NCBI RefSeq assembly: GCF_006345805.1
Contig: NC_042998.1
Location: forward strand, 59,892,001-59,956,000
Length of the DNA: 64,000 nt
Reading direction: 5' to 3'
From: Octopus sinensis
Lineage: Eukaryota
In this document: piece after piece, positions 11,483 through 21,164 of the stretch
Position numbering within the stretch: position 1 is the first letter of the stretch
Layout: each line of letters opens with the position of its first letter
Translations under genes and position numbers: made by a program
The notes under the pieces: generated by a model
The model's input: only the letters and a program-made list of their open reading frames with translations
Database searches by the model: none
Told to the model about the DNA's origin: nothing

Positions 11483-12844
11483 TCAGGGCATCCTTTTTCC
11501 AAAGTGGATTAGCTCAAATTTATCCTCGTTCAGCAGCATATTGTTTTTTTCTGCCCATTGAATAACAGCCAGTAGATCTGACTGAAGGCATGTCCGGTCA
11601 CTCGCCTCATTTATGACCTTCTGTAGCTTGGAGTCATCTGCAAAGATTTTTATGTTGCTGTGCTTGATGATGTCATTAATGTCATTAATGTAAATGATGA
11701 AAAGAAGTGGGCCCAGCACAGTGCCTTGCGGAACGCCACTACTGACTTTGGCTGGGCTTGATTTTACCCCTTCAACTACAACATGTTGAGATCTGTCTGT
11801 CAGGAAACACTTGATCCATTTCAGTAACTTTCCAGAGACACCAATGTTGGATAGTTTTTTCAATAGGATCTTGTGATCGACCCTGTCGAAGGCCTTACTG
11901 AAATCAAGGTAGATGACATCGGTGTTGGAGCCCGCTCTCAAAATGTCCTCAAAGTGATGCAGGAGCTGCATTAGGCAGTCCCTTCCATTACGGAACCCAT
12001 GTTGGTTGGAGATCAGCCGTCTGTTGCTTTCCAGAAATTGGGTTATTCGAGATCTCACCACCCTCTCAAATACCTTGATGATATGAGAGGTGAGTGATAT
12101 CGGACGATAATTCACTGCAAGGGACTTGTTTCCCTTTTTGAAAACTGGGACAACAGACTGGGACAGAAGGTTTTTTGGAATATAGCCAGCATCCAGTGAG
12201 TTTCTCCACAAATTAGCAAGGGGAGATGCAAGTTGGTGTCGACACACCTTCAGGACACAAGCAGGGAACCTATCGGGACCTACTGCTGAATTGTGTTTTA
12301 TTTCGTTTATCGCCGCTAAGACATCAGGGGCACTAAACGTTATGTCCGATATAGTGTGTTGGGGGTTGACATCACTGATACAGCCCAGATCGGCCATATC
12401 AGGATTGCTGAAAACAGAGCAGTATTGTTTCTGTAGTATCTCGGCCATGGATTTGGTATTATCTTGGAGAGTGCCAGTTTCGTCAATTAGAGGGCCTACA
12501 GTGGAGACAGTGACCCTGCGTTTCCTCGCAAATGAAAAGAACACTTTGGGGTTGAGTTTGATTTTTTCAATGGCCCACTTCTCCTCAGCTGATCTTTGGT
12601 TATTGATGAGGGTCTTCATGCATGCATGTTGGAGGTTATATTTTTTGGATTCAAGCAGTGCGATAGCCGTCGAGTGTGTGTGTTGCTGTTGGCAGTACTT
12701 TAGTTTGTTAATTTTTTTGTTTGTTCTTTTTATTTTTCTGATAATGGTTTTTCTGTTTTGGGGATTCTGCACTTTTTGTTCACAAGTCTTGGTGGGGAGT
12801 GTTTTGCACATATGTCTGTGACGGTGTCTACAAAGATCTGCCAA
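11483..12844 (-). CDS. LINE ORF2 reverse transcriptase domain (453 aa open stretch)
   Basis: 'GPDRFP', 'VPVFKKG', 'NYRPISLTS', 'QHGFR', 'YLDFSKAFDRVDH', 'GVPQGTVLGPLLF' and 'FADD'. Confidence 0.95.
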   Translation of the reverse strand: MADLCRHRHRHMCKTLPTKTCEQKVQNPQNRKTIIRKIKRTNKKINKLKYCQQQHTHSTAIALLESKKYNLQHACMKTLINNQRSAEEKWAIEKIKLNPKVFFSFARKRRVTVSTVGPLIDETGTLQDNTKSMAEILQKQYCSVFSNPDMADLGCISDVNPQHTISDITFSAPDVLAAINEIKHNSAVGPDRFPACVLKVCRHQLASPLANLWRNSLDAGYIPKNLLSQSVVPVFKKGNKSLAVNYRPISLTSHIIKVFERVVRSRITQFLESNRRLISNQHGFRNGRDCLMQLLHHFEDILRAGSNTDVIYLDFSKAFDRVDHKILLKKLSNIGVSGKLLKWIKCFLTDRSQHVVVEGVKSSPAKVSSGVPQGTVLGPLLFIIYINDINDIIKHSNIKIFADDSKLQKVINEASDRTCLQSDLLAVIQWAEKNNMLLNEDKFELIHFGKRMP

Positions 12845-13782
12845 GATGTTTTATGGTTGGTGGAGATGTGTGTATGTGTAAAGGACCAGTCAACATGTGA
12901 TAGCTCGTTCCTGATTGCATCCCAGTTGGCATTATGGAGATCCATGTTGTCAAATGGGTGGCTGGAGGAAGGTCACTAGGATTAGCTTTCGGCTGGTGGA
13001 ATTTCATGTTACAGAGAACCATGTCATGGTCTGAAAGAAGGGTTTTTTCCACTGTAACGTTATGTATAGTGTTAGTGTGGTTACTAAACACTAGGTCCAA
13101 AATGTTCTGATGTCTTGTTGGTGCAAGGACAAGTTGGGACAAGAAAAACTCATTCGTAAAGTCGGAAAGTGACTCTGCTGCTTCTTTGTCAGCGGTTGAG
13201 GCGGGAGTGCTTGGTTTCAAACAGTTTGTGGTCCAGTCAACACAGGGTAGATTGAAGTCTCCCATCATGAGTATGTTGCTAGAATAGCACTGTTGAATAA
13301 AGCACTTAATGCTGTTGAGGCATTCTTTAAAGCACAGTATGGGTGTTGGGGGCGGCCTATAGAGCCCAATTACTGTCAGGTCATTGCTTTGTTGTGCACG
13401 GTGACTGATTCACAGTAGCCGTTGGAGAATATACTATTTCCATCTGCCGTAAATGAATCATGCAGGAAAATGGCAGTTCCCCTTCCTCCTGCCGATAACG
13501 ATCCGCGCGGATGGTTGTGAAATTCTTCACTCTCACTTCGGCTTCCAAGTGGGAGTTGTCAAGGTGGGTCTCAGTGAGAATGAAGAAAGGGATGTGGTGT
13601 GAATGGTTACCAACCCAGTCTTCAATGAATTGGACCTTCCATTTTTGTGCATTGATGGAAGGGCTGACACCTTGTGCATTGAGTAGGAATGTGGAGGTTA
13701 GTGTAGTGGCTGGTTTTGACTGTTGCAGGGGCCTTGGATTTTTTGTGTGTGTTAGTGGCAGCAATGTGGGGAATTGGTGCAC
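12828..13782 (-). pseudogene. LINE ORF2 apurinic-endonuclease (APE) domain, frameshifted
   Basis: 'FLLNAQG', 'LTETHL', 'IRADR', 'GLYRPP' (13348-13365), 'MGDFNLP', 'TRHQNILDLVF' and 'SDHDMV'. Confidence 0.9.
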
Positions 13783-13857
13783 TGGGGTAATAGCATAGGA
13801 TGGTGTGAGTGATGGCTAGAATGTTTTTGTGTATCTCTTTTGCCATGTTCAACATGA

Positions 13858-14979
13858 CTAAAAAAGAATTTTCCTGCTTAGGGAGCAGTTTTTGGCTGGA
13901 GGTGTGGTTGCACTGTTGGATAGGGTTGTAGTTTCCACTTTTGTGTTGTTGTTTTTTTGTGTCTTCCTGAAAACTGGACCAGCATTACTGCAGCATGGTG
14001 TGTTTCTATTTTTATTTTTATTCAGGTTTGTGTGTTGGATTGAAGCCCCGTTTCTGTTTGTGCGTCGGGTCCCTGGAAGATGAGTGAAGGGACAGTCACT
14101 CAGTAGACATGTTCTCTCACGTTGGGAATACCGGCAGATTTTGGGACTCCGAGTTGTGTGTGTTTTGAATTTCGATTTACTATTTGGTGGTGTTGATGTT
14201 ATTGTGGGATGCGTGCTTTGGCCTTGGCCGGTAGTGCGTCTAGTGCCGGGTAGATGCGTGAAGATGCAGTCACTATTTGTGCAGAGTCTCTGGTGCAGTG
14301 AATAGCGGCATATTTGGGGATTTCTTGTTTGTGCGTGTGGGGGCGCATTCTGCTTCCTATGTTTCTTTAAGTTTTTGTTACTGCAGTAGTATTGAGGTGG
14401 TGATGTGGGGGAAGAGGGCAGTGGTTTCTTATTTGGTTTTCTGTTGGTATTTTTGGTGATAGAAGACGATGATGGCAGCGGTGGTGATGATGATGATGAT
14501 AATTGTGGTGGTTGCTGTGAGAGCGGTGAAAAGATACTGGCATTTAGTGAATCATCTAGTAAGCTAGAGTTGAGGAGTGGCTGTTGTTGTTCTTGTTGCT
14601 GTGGCTGTTGTTGTTGTTGTTGTGCTTGACCGATGTTAGGGTCAGCCATTGTGCTGGGAACCAGGAGTGGCTCATTCTGTTGTTGTTGTTGTTGTGGCTG
14701 CTGATTTTCTAGCTGTTGCTGTTCTTGAACTGTGAAAATATGAAGAAGCTTTTCATAATGGCCTTTTGTCAGTTTGAAAGATACTTCGATATGTTTCAGC
14801 TTGCTACGAATCTGTTTGACGGATCGTGTGTTGACCACTTGTGATGTTTTTTCGGCAATCTCATTCAAACACAAAGCATTTAGATTTTCTGTTTGGGAAA
14901 GAGAGAACCATGTGTTTATTAAAACATCAATTTCGTTATCAGACCAATTTCGTCTGTTGCAGGCCTGCAAGTTAGTCAT
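13858..14979 (-). CDS. LINE ORF1: Myb/SANT-like N-terminus, Q/S/P-rich linker and two CCCH zinc fingers
   Basis: ATG at 14979 (MTNLQ). Motifs are 'RNWSDNEIDVLINTW...IAEK...RSVKQIRSKLKHI', CRYSLHQRLCTNSDCIFTH (14254-14310) and CRYSQRERTCLLSDCPFTH (14080-14136). Confidence 0.8.
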   Translation of the reverse strand: MTNLQACNRRNWSDNEIDVLINTWFSLSQTENLNALCLNEIAEKTSQVVNTRSVKQIRSKLKHIEVSFKLTKGHYEKLLHIFTVQEQQQLENQQPQQQQQQNEPLLVPSTMADPNIGQAQQQQQQPQQQEQQQPLLNSSLLDDSLNASIFSPLSQQPPQLSSSSSPPLPSSSSITKNTNRKPNKKPLPSSPTSPPQYYCSNKNLKKHRKQNAPPHAQTRNPQICRYSLHQRLCTNSDCIFTHLPGTRRTTGQGQSTHPTITSTPPNSKSKFKTHTTRSPKICRYSQRERTCLLSDCPFTHLPGTRRTNRNGASIQHTNLNKNKNRNTPCCSNAGPVFRKTQKNNNTKVETTTLSNSATTPPAKNCSLSRKILF

Positions 14980-15659
14980 GTGTGTTTTTCTTTTGTTTGT
15001 TTTCCTTTTGATTTTTGAAAATATATATATTCTTTCTTGGGAGTTAAAGAAGTGCATATATATATAAATGTTCTCTCTTAAGGGTGTGAGTTTTTGATTA
15101 TTTGGTTGTTTGAGGATATTAAAAGAAAAACAGGTGTATATAACAATTTGTAGTTAAATGAAAACGTACTTACGGGTTTGTAGGCAAACACGTGGTTACA
15201 AATATATATATATTTAAGGTCAGTTAGTTTTGAAGCTGTGTAGCTTGCTACTGACTTGGGAGAGAAACAAATAGACGTCCGTCCACTTCAACAGTTAATC
15301 CACCATCATATATATATGTGACTACTAAATTTCTGTTACGTTTTGGGTCCCCTAAAGAAAACAGATAGAACATGCTTTCTATGTTATGTCCCAAGAAGAT
15401 TTTATATATTTTTATATATTTTTAATATTTTTTACGTATTTTTATATATTTTTTATGACGAAAAATGCGAGCGATGTATAAGTACGCAGGCAAGCAGAGT
15501 TATAACACAGTAATTTCCCTTTATTTAACGGTATCTTTTCATAGCGTTTTCAAATAGCCAGATAACCGAAGAGATGGTGTTGTGAATTTCCACTTCGGCA
15601 TCTGAAACTCAGAGTTTTATCTTGACTACCGAGTAAAGTAACATATTATTGTATAGATA

Positions 15660-15740
15660 TATATATATATATATATATATACGACGGGCTTCTTTCAATT
15701 TCCATCAACCAAACTCACTCACAAGGATTTGGTCGGCCCA
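15660..15740 (-). mobile_element. 5' part of family B SINE, partner of 10330-10505
   Basis: (TA)n then 'cgacgggcttctttcaatttccatcaaccaaactcactcacaaggatttggtcggccc', which is the segment that follows the internal microsatellite at 48125-48190. Confidence 0.75.
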
Positions 15741-16024
15741 TATATACATTTATACAAGTTTTAGGACGCGTTTTAGCCATAGCAATATTTATTAATTATA
15801 CATCTACACCTAAATATATGTAGATATTCGTGCAATAATGGAATTCTTATATACCTGTTTACTTTTGGATTCTCTATTATGTTATTATTTTTTGTTTTTT
15901 GTTGTATTTTTGTTGTATCGCTATACTTATAAATGCGTACATTCAAAAATATGTATATGTTTACCTATTATGTTACCCTTTTTAATTTATTTTATTTACA
16001 TATTTATATTTTATTTATTTATGC

Positions 16025-16300
16025 GCCGTTTTCAAGCCTAGTCAGACCCATGGGTCCGGTTTCCCTGTTTCTGTGCTGTATGTGTTCCCCCAGCTGGATG
16101 GGAAGCCACTCCATCACAGCGTTACCCAAGAAACAGGAAGAAAGAGTGAGAGAAAGTTCGCCACCACCCCTTGCCGGAGCCTCGCGGATTTTTAGGCGTT
16201 TTCGCTCAATAAACACACACAAAGTCCGGTCTAGGAAGTGAAACCGTGATCCTCCGACAGCGAGTCCGCTGCCCTAACCACTAAGCCATTGTGCTTCCAC
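16025..16300 (-). mobile_element. tRNA-derived SINE (family C)
   Basis: The reverse-complement head TGTGGAAGCACAATGGCTTAGTGGTTAGGGCAGCGGACTCGC...GGTTTCACTTCC has A-box and B-box-like motifs, followed by a non-tRNA body. Confidence 0.8.
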
Positions 16301-16989
16301 ATATTTATATACCCTTATTATTTAAATCCTTATAAAATATTAATATATTTGCCCTAATTAATAATTACTTCCTTATTAATTATAGGTTAATTAAAAAATT
16401 AATGAATATATACCTATTTTTATACTTTTAATAACAACCCAGAATATATTATATTGCTTAAATTCTGTTTTTCTCTCCCACCCTTTTCCTATTCTTCTCC
16501 TTTCTCCTTCACCGTTCCTTCGCTCTCTCTCGATCTTCCTCCTTGACTCTTTCCTTGCTCCCACGTGACCAACGGCTATCATATTTCTTTCTTCAACTTC
16601 CTTCCTAAAGACAAGACGTGCTTTTACCTCTCTTCTCAAAGCTCGTTTTTCCAACGTTCACCACTTCACATCGTCTTCGATTAACAACCCTCACCGTTTG
16701 TTTTTACTGTTTTCTCCTCGCTGTGCTGTTTTTGTTACCACTTCAACCCTCCGCAGAAAATCCCACAATTTATTTAATTTGCTTTGCGGGAAAGACTATT
16801 TTTAGTCGCTTCTTGTCCTTACCTTCGAAAGGCAGATTAGCTAAAACAGGGGACAACTGATGAAAAGAACGTTCTTTATGTTGCCTGTCTCGTTTCTCTA
16901 TTTGTTTCTTTCGTTGTTCGAAAAAAGTTCGTTTCCTATGCTTATATGCATGTATATAAATATAAATGTACATATATATATATATATAT

Positions 16990-17190
16990 ATCGTTAGATC
17001 CTACACGCATTTTTTTCTCTCATTGTTTCTCTCCTTGTTTTTTTCAGTGTATCTTTCTGTCGAAGAGCGTAGGCTCGAAACGTAAAAGACTTTTTCTATT
17101 TCTATTCCTGAGCGCTATACTAATACATTTGTTTGTTTGTACTCCACCTGCCTTCGTCTTTTGTTTATTTTCGTAAACTTTCCCTTTATA
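16990..17190 (+). mobile_element. Penelope-like non-autonomous repeat (terminal region), second copy at 39985-40210
   Basis: Two clearly homologous copies ending in 'ttccc(t/g)ttatatat', both next to (TA)n and both carrying a hammerhead-like motif. Confidence 0.65.
17052..17089 (+). ncRNA. putative minimal type I hammerhead ribozyme with variant core
   Basis: Stem I UCUUU/AAAGA, core CUGUCGA plus an extra A, stem II GAGC-GUAG-GCUC, GAAA, palindromic stem III ACGU, and predicted GUA cleavage after 17084. Confidence 0.55.
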
Positions 17191-18149
17191 TATATATATA
17201 TATATGTATATACGCATATACTTATATAGTATTTATATTATATATACATATGTGTAGGTATGTTTGCGCGTGTATATATATATATATATGAAATATATAA
17301 ATAAACAGATTTTACTGAAACAGTGCGCACGCATCAGCAGTAGAGAGAAAAGACAAAGGAGGCGAGAAAGAGGACAGAGAGAAAGACTAACTACATACAG
17401 ACAGACAGTAAAAAAACAGAAACGCGTGACAGGCTAAAATAGAATTGTAATAGAAAAGTAAAGAAGTCTGTTATTTTAACTGTACTGAATACAGATCAGC
17501 GATTATATAATTAAATTAAACCTTATGAATAACTATAGTTGTCCAGCTGTTTTTTCTTGTATATAATTTTGGAAACAAGAAATGTTTTTCTTTTTTCTTA
17601 TTCACTTACCAAAAATATTTCGGATCGTGTTTAGAAGCAGCAGGAATCAAGTCTTCATTTACTTATGTCAACAGTAGCGTCTCTATCTTTAATATTACAA
17701 ATATATGAATTCATCTTACAAACTTACCCAAAGCATGAGTAAATTTGAAATCCTACCGTTATTTCACTGAAGAAGTTTTCAAATGCTTACGCAGAAACAT
17801 ATATTGCTTCCTATCGCATGCGCATATATTCGTAGGCACTGGCTGTTACTAATATAGATACACTGCTGAATATTGATTTACAGTCATTACGAGATTCTCA
17901 ATATAATGACATTAAATCGCTATAGCAGACAACGGGTTTCTCTAGAAGCCTAACTACTGTGTTTATAACATTCAAATATATGAAAAAGTGAAAAGAAAAA
18001 TTGAAAATCAACTCTTCTACTGACAGTACTTATTAATTTTTAGAAATATTTAGAGTCTACTTATATTTGCCAATAACAAACCATCACAACTCTTCTTGAA
18101 TTGTGGAGTGTTAACTGGTATTTTTATTTTTATTTCCTTACATATATAT

Positions 18150-18380
<231 letters not shown>

Positions 18381-18398
18381 TGCATGCATTTATTACGA

Positions 18399-18895
18399 GG
18401 AAAAAGGCGAGCATGAAAAGTCATGTGATTAAGATTATATACCTGGAAAAGTACAGGACAAGTTATTACACCTGTACAAGTATTGGACAAGCTATTACTT
18501 CTAGTAAAGTAAAGAATAATAATCTTTTACTTAAAATATTGCAGCAAAGAATGCCACTTCTTCTAATTTATTACTCTTTACAGTTCTCAGCTTTTAAATT
18601 TATTGTACAAAACTGTTCAGCTAATTTGTAAGTTTGTCTATTTAGTCATTTTTTTCTATATTTAAGGTTGTAAATTAGCCAAATTCTACTTAAATAAGTA
18701 TAGTGTTATTTGTAAACTATAATAAAATAAGTTGTAATATTCAAATTTCAATTTAACTGCAATATTTAAAAAACAATTCTTATTCTTTACTAGAAGCAAT
18801 AGCTTGTCCTATACTTTTACAGGTGTAATAACTTTTCCTGTACTTTTCCATGTTTATAATCTTAAAAATATGACTTTTCATGCGAGCATTTTTCC
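18399..18895. mobile_element. MITE/foldback-like element with ~145 bp imperfect inverted repeats
   Basis: The left arm 'gcatgaaaagtcat...ggaaaagtacagg...ttattacacctgt...ggacaagctatt' is mirrored by 'aatagcttgtcc...acaggtgtaataa...cctgtacttttcc...atgacttttcatgc'. Confidence 0.75.
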
Positions 18896-19899
18896 ATATA
18901 ATCCGTGATTTTTCCAGGCATTGCTGTTGTAAGATAATTAATAATGTATCAATTAATAATTTAAGATTTCACCTTATAAAATACTGAAATATAATATTTC
19001 AATGTTTTCATGTAGGTGATGATAATATTTCAATTTTTTTCGTGTTTAATTTAAATGTTGTGATTGAATTATTTGATATTACCCATCCATACCAAATGAA
19101 TGGCAGGGATTTTTACAATGTTGTTGGTTGCACCAGGGCTCACCAAAAGTTACAAACAACAAGACCCCAAAACCATCTTACGTGACCTAATTTTGCAATA
19201 TTAGGAGGTCACAGAAATTCATTCAACGAGAAAAAATTCCAATGATTCGGGGATTGGGAGGGGGAAACCACCACCTCATTTTTTCCCGAACCAAAATAAC
19301 GGATTCAGCATATTAGGAGGTCTGGGTGCTTGATTCCAAACAAAAATTCTAATTTTTTTCTTTTTAGGGAAAATCTAGGACATTACATACAATGAGCGTG
19401 TGATTTAGGTAGCTATTTTTAGCGCATCGAGCTACCAGGTAGAGGCTCTTTCATTGGTTTGATTGCGTGATGAGATTTTTTTACACATATTTGTAATATG
19501 TATATATATATATATAAAATTGAATAAAGGTAGAAATTGATGTTAATAAATTAAAACCAGTTGCCTAGCATATTAAAAAAATCCGAAGGTTAAAATATTT
19601 TTTACATACAAAATTTAAAGGACTCAGTACAAAATCAAAGTGTAAAAAATAAGCAAGACAAATGAAAATATACGAAATAAATACGATTACCTATGTACTG
19701 ATCAGTTTCACTTGTTAATATTCACGCATATGTATAATTTCCATAATATAATTTCCAGAACTAGATACATAACGTTTGACATTCTTCGTGGAAAATAGCG
19801 GCAGAAGTTAGAGAATAAGTCGAAGGCTGAGAGTTTCGTGTATTGGCACTTATCCAACATGAATTTGCTCATTGTCTCTCTACCTTCTGACGAAATAAC

Positions 19900-20335
19900 T
19901 TCTAAAATACAAAATTTTGTCAAAAGCGTTCAAAGTAAACCCTGTTCTATGTGACACATTCTACCAGTATCGGAAATTTGAAACTGTTTAGTTAAAAAAA
20001 TTAATCAAATAATCTGTACATCTAGTTGTATAGATCCGAAATGGATGAAAGGCAATATCGACCTCAGCGGAATTTGAACTCAGAACGTAGGTGCAGATAA
20101 AATACCGCTTCTAAAATACAAAATTTTGCCAAAAACGTTAAGAATAAACCCTGTTTACCAGTATCGGAAGTTTAAAAGTGTTTAGTGAAAAAAAATTAAA
20201 TTAAATAACCAGGACGTCAAAGTCGACCTCGGCGAAATTTGAGCTTGAAAAATGTAGAGAAAGGCGAATTACCGTTAAGCATTTCGCCCTGCGCGTTAAC
20301 GATTCAGCCAACTCGCCACGTTAGAACGAAAACAT
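19900..20335. repeat. diverged ~210 bp tandem duplication, each unit ending in a family A SINE fragment (minus)
   Basis: 'tctaaaatacaaaattttg(t/c)caaaa...taccagtatcggaa' at ~19900 and ~20110, with SINE pieces at ~20040-20110 and ~20215-20330. Confidence 0.8.
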
Positions 20336-21164
20336 TCATTTTAGAAATATATTCTTTATTCTTATTGCTGAAGCGTTGTTCCCTTACTTCCTTACTGATA
20401 TGAAAGTTCCTAACATTTTATCTCATAACACTTATTCTACTAATTTTTATTCAATGCGACTAGCGATTTCGAATTCCTCATGTTTCTATCATTTAAGCCT
20501 ACGAAAAGTGTACTTATAATTTAAAATTTTTAAAATTATGTTAATTGAAGATGAATAGCTGACTTACTGCCCCCTCCCCTTTAGGTCCAGATATTTTGAT
20601 GTAACTTTTTTTTCTACTGAGCCAAATCTCAAGCTATTGTAGCTAAGGAGGTGTCCTCTTTAAAACTATTAACAGTTTGTAATTTAGTTGAGAACTGAAT
20701 TAGTGGTGAAGCTTGGAAGCTGCTGCGATTGACGAAATGGTGGACTTAAGAATATGTGCATATGTACATAATGATATGCATATGTTATATATATAGTGAA
20801 ATTATATTTTCACTCGAGATACTGCTAAATTCTCATTGAAATTTGATAGGTTGTTAAACGACATCGAAACGCTACCAAAGAAACAAAGAAAGATGTTGTA
20901 CAGGCCACTTGACATAGCCTAGACATTTTAAAATTCTGTTTGAAACTACTCCACAGTAGCTTGTTTAGTTTCTCTAAATAAAATATTACTAATCTAACTG
21001 AAACCTATAAATGCCTGTGCAGATGACTGTATTCCAGAAAAGTTTAGCTGTTTGTAGTGGTTCATCTTTCAGTAAACGTTATTCAATATCACAGATAGTA
21101 TTAGTATTTACTTGGCTTGCTTACTCTTAGTACAGTACATAAGACGAATGCACATATAATGTAC

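Larger units (their letters stand above)
10675..15307 (-). mobile_element. near-full-length CR1/L2-group (Crack/Daphne-like) LINE with frameshifted ORF2
   Basis: 5' UTR, ORF1, APE, RT, C-terminal region and a 3' tail of tandem TATCAAAG, flanked by (TA)n at both ends. Confidence 0.93.

Noticed and set aside
14960-15180. Possible intron in the LINE 5' UTR (GTAAGT donor, GACTAAC-TTGCAG acceptor)
   Set aside because: The branch point is too close to the AG, and splicing would remove the ORF1 ATG.
16220-16300. tRNA gene
   Set aside because: The acceptor stem and T-arm are imperfect and it continues into a SINE body, so it is a SINE head.
16855-16930. CTGATGA followed distantly by GAAA
   Set aside because: There is no stem II closing onto GAAA and no stem III.
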